Positions 63,100-64,000 of a DNA stretch of 64,000 nucleotides are shown piece by piece. The translations under genes were made by a program, and so were the position numbers. The notes beneath the pieces are model-generated. The model was not told the DNA's origin, searched no databases, and worked only from the letters and a program-made list of their open reading frames with translations. How positions within the stretch are numbered: position 1 is the stretch's first letter; each line of letters starts with the position of its first letter. Origin of the DNA: Patescibacteria group bacterium (lineage in GTDB: Bacteria; Patescibacteriota; Patescibacteriia; UM-FILTER-42-10); assembly GCA_041666845.1 (NCBI GenBank), contig JBAYGC010000007.1, positions 6,080 through 70,079 of the forward strand. The letters are read 5' to 3'.

Positions 63100-64000
63100 A
63101 TGACTGTCAGAAACAGAATGATAATTTTAGGTGTTGTGTCTAGTCTCTTGTATGCTGTACTCGCTTTCATCGCGTATCATTATCAGACAAGCGCAACCAC
63201 TCCTTGGGGGGGCTCTTTTAAGGCAATTCTATTGGTAATAAATATGTTGTTGGTTGTTGTCTACTGGTTTGCCTTCATTTCAGTAAAGTCGGTCAATGGT
63301 AAAAGTATTATAAAGATTATTTTCCTGTTTTCAGCCGTGTTTAGCGTAATTATGATTTTTACTCCGCCAATCGGATCAGCGGATGTTTATAACTATGCAT
63401 ATCGGGCGCGGATTAATACAGTATATGATGAAAACCCTTATATTGTGGCAACCGGAGAGCATTCGGGTGATATGTTCTATGACTTTTCGCCAAAAGAATG
63501 GAACTATCTGACCATGCAGTATGGACCTTTCTGGACGTCGGTATCTATCTTATTTAGTAATATTACAAAGAACAGTTTTTTTTGGAATGTTTTTATTTAT
63601 AAATTACTGGCGCTAGTTTCTTTTTTTGGAGTTGCATTTCTGTTGAGAAAAATATTGCAAAAATTCAATCCGGGTATGGAAATGAAGGGATTATTTTTAT
63701 ATTTATGGAGCCCGATTATCATATTTGAAGCGATTAATAATGCGCATAATGATATGTTCATGATGTTCGTAGTGGTTTTTGCAATATATTTGTTAATGAA
63801 AAAGTGGTATATTTTGGCAGCAATAATGCTACTGCTTTCAATACTCACGAAGTATATCCCTTTATTAATATTACCTGTATTCGTTTTTTATATCTTTAGA
63901 GACATTCAAGAGACCAGAAAAAAGGTTAATTTTGTATGGGTATCCGGCATTCTGGCGATCATAATTTCAGTAATATTTTATTTGCCATTTTGGGAGGGCA
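63100..64000 (+). CDS. Polytopic membrane protein, GT-C-like (DUF2029/GT87-like), partial (runs off window end)
   Basis: ATG 63100; open frame with no stop to position 64000 (300 codons); multiple hydrophobic segments; not in ORF track because no stop within window. Confidence 0.45.
   Translation, partial: MTVRNRMIILGVVSSLLYAVLAFIAYHYQTSATTPWGGSFKAILLVINMLLVVVYWFAFISVKSVNGKSIIKIIFLFSAVFSVIMIFTPPIGSADVYNYAYRARINTVYDENPYIVATGEHSGDMFYDFSPKEWNYLTMQYGPFWTSVSILFSNITKNSFFWNVFIYKLLALVSFFGVAFLLRKILQKFNPGMEMKGLFLYLWSPIIIFEAINNAHNDMFMMFVVVFAIYLLMKKWYILAAIMLLLSILTKYIPLLILPVFVFYIFRDIQETRKKVNFVWVSGILAIIISVIFYLPFWEG

Noticed and set aside
1-64000. Searched for CRISPR arrays, transposases, integrases, phage structural genes
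   Set aside because: No direct-repeat/spacer periodicity and no recognisable recombinase or IS motifs seen. Islands lack mobility genes.

Overview
This 64-kb window comes from an AT-rich, streamlined bacterial chromosome (host genes about 38-48% GC) and includes the replication-origin neighbourhood. Genes at 20-27483 are almost all on the minus strand and are housekeeping: suhB-like IMPase, folC-like Mur ligase, nfo, tig, a lipid operon (CarS-like/plsC/HD/PaaK-like), hppA, nusA, rnhB, gdhA, an aminotransferase, trxB-trxA behind a two-Cys CsoR-family regulator, a three-tRNA cluster, and yidC-yidD-rnpA-rpmH. Downstream follow dnaA-dnaN and a DUF721/DciA-like gene (DnaA-box clusters in both flanking intergenic regions). 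Then come PBP1A, glucokinase, tyrS and murJ flanked by two secreted C39-like peptidase-domain proteins. A 10-kb co-directional alpha-glucan cluster holds two glgA, two GH57 (one with a C-terminal UVR motif), an APH-fold kinase, two PHP phosphoesterases and a GalT-like NDP-hexose enzyme, with no glgC. Finally, a >11-kb plus-strand glycosylation locus starts with PGI/PMI and contains two Dpm1-like GT2 genes and about six GT-C-like polytopic membrane proteins. The most anomalous signal is five short GC-rich (about 55-60%) islands in intergenic gaps of minus-strand gene arrays. Each has its own sigma70-like promoter, a strong Shine-Dalgarno sequence, often GTG or TTG starts, and an intrinsic terminator. 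Three islands carry pairs of small unrecognisable ORFs (one behind a structured attenuator-like leader), one carries prs and one carries csrA next to the tRNA cluster. No CRISPR array, transposase or integrase was seen. All protein-family calls rest on motif recognition by eye, not on database searches.
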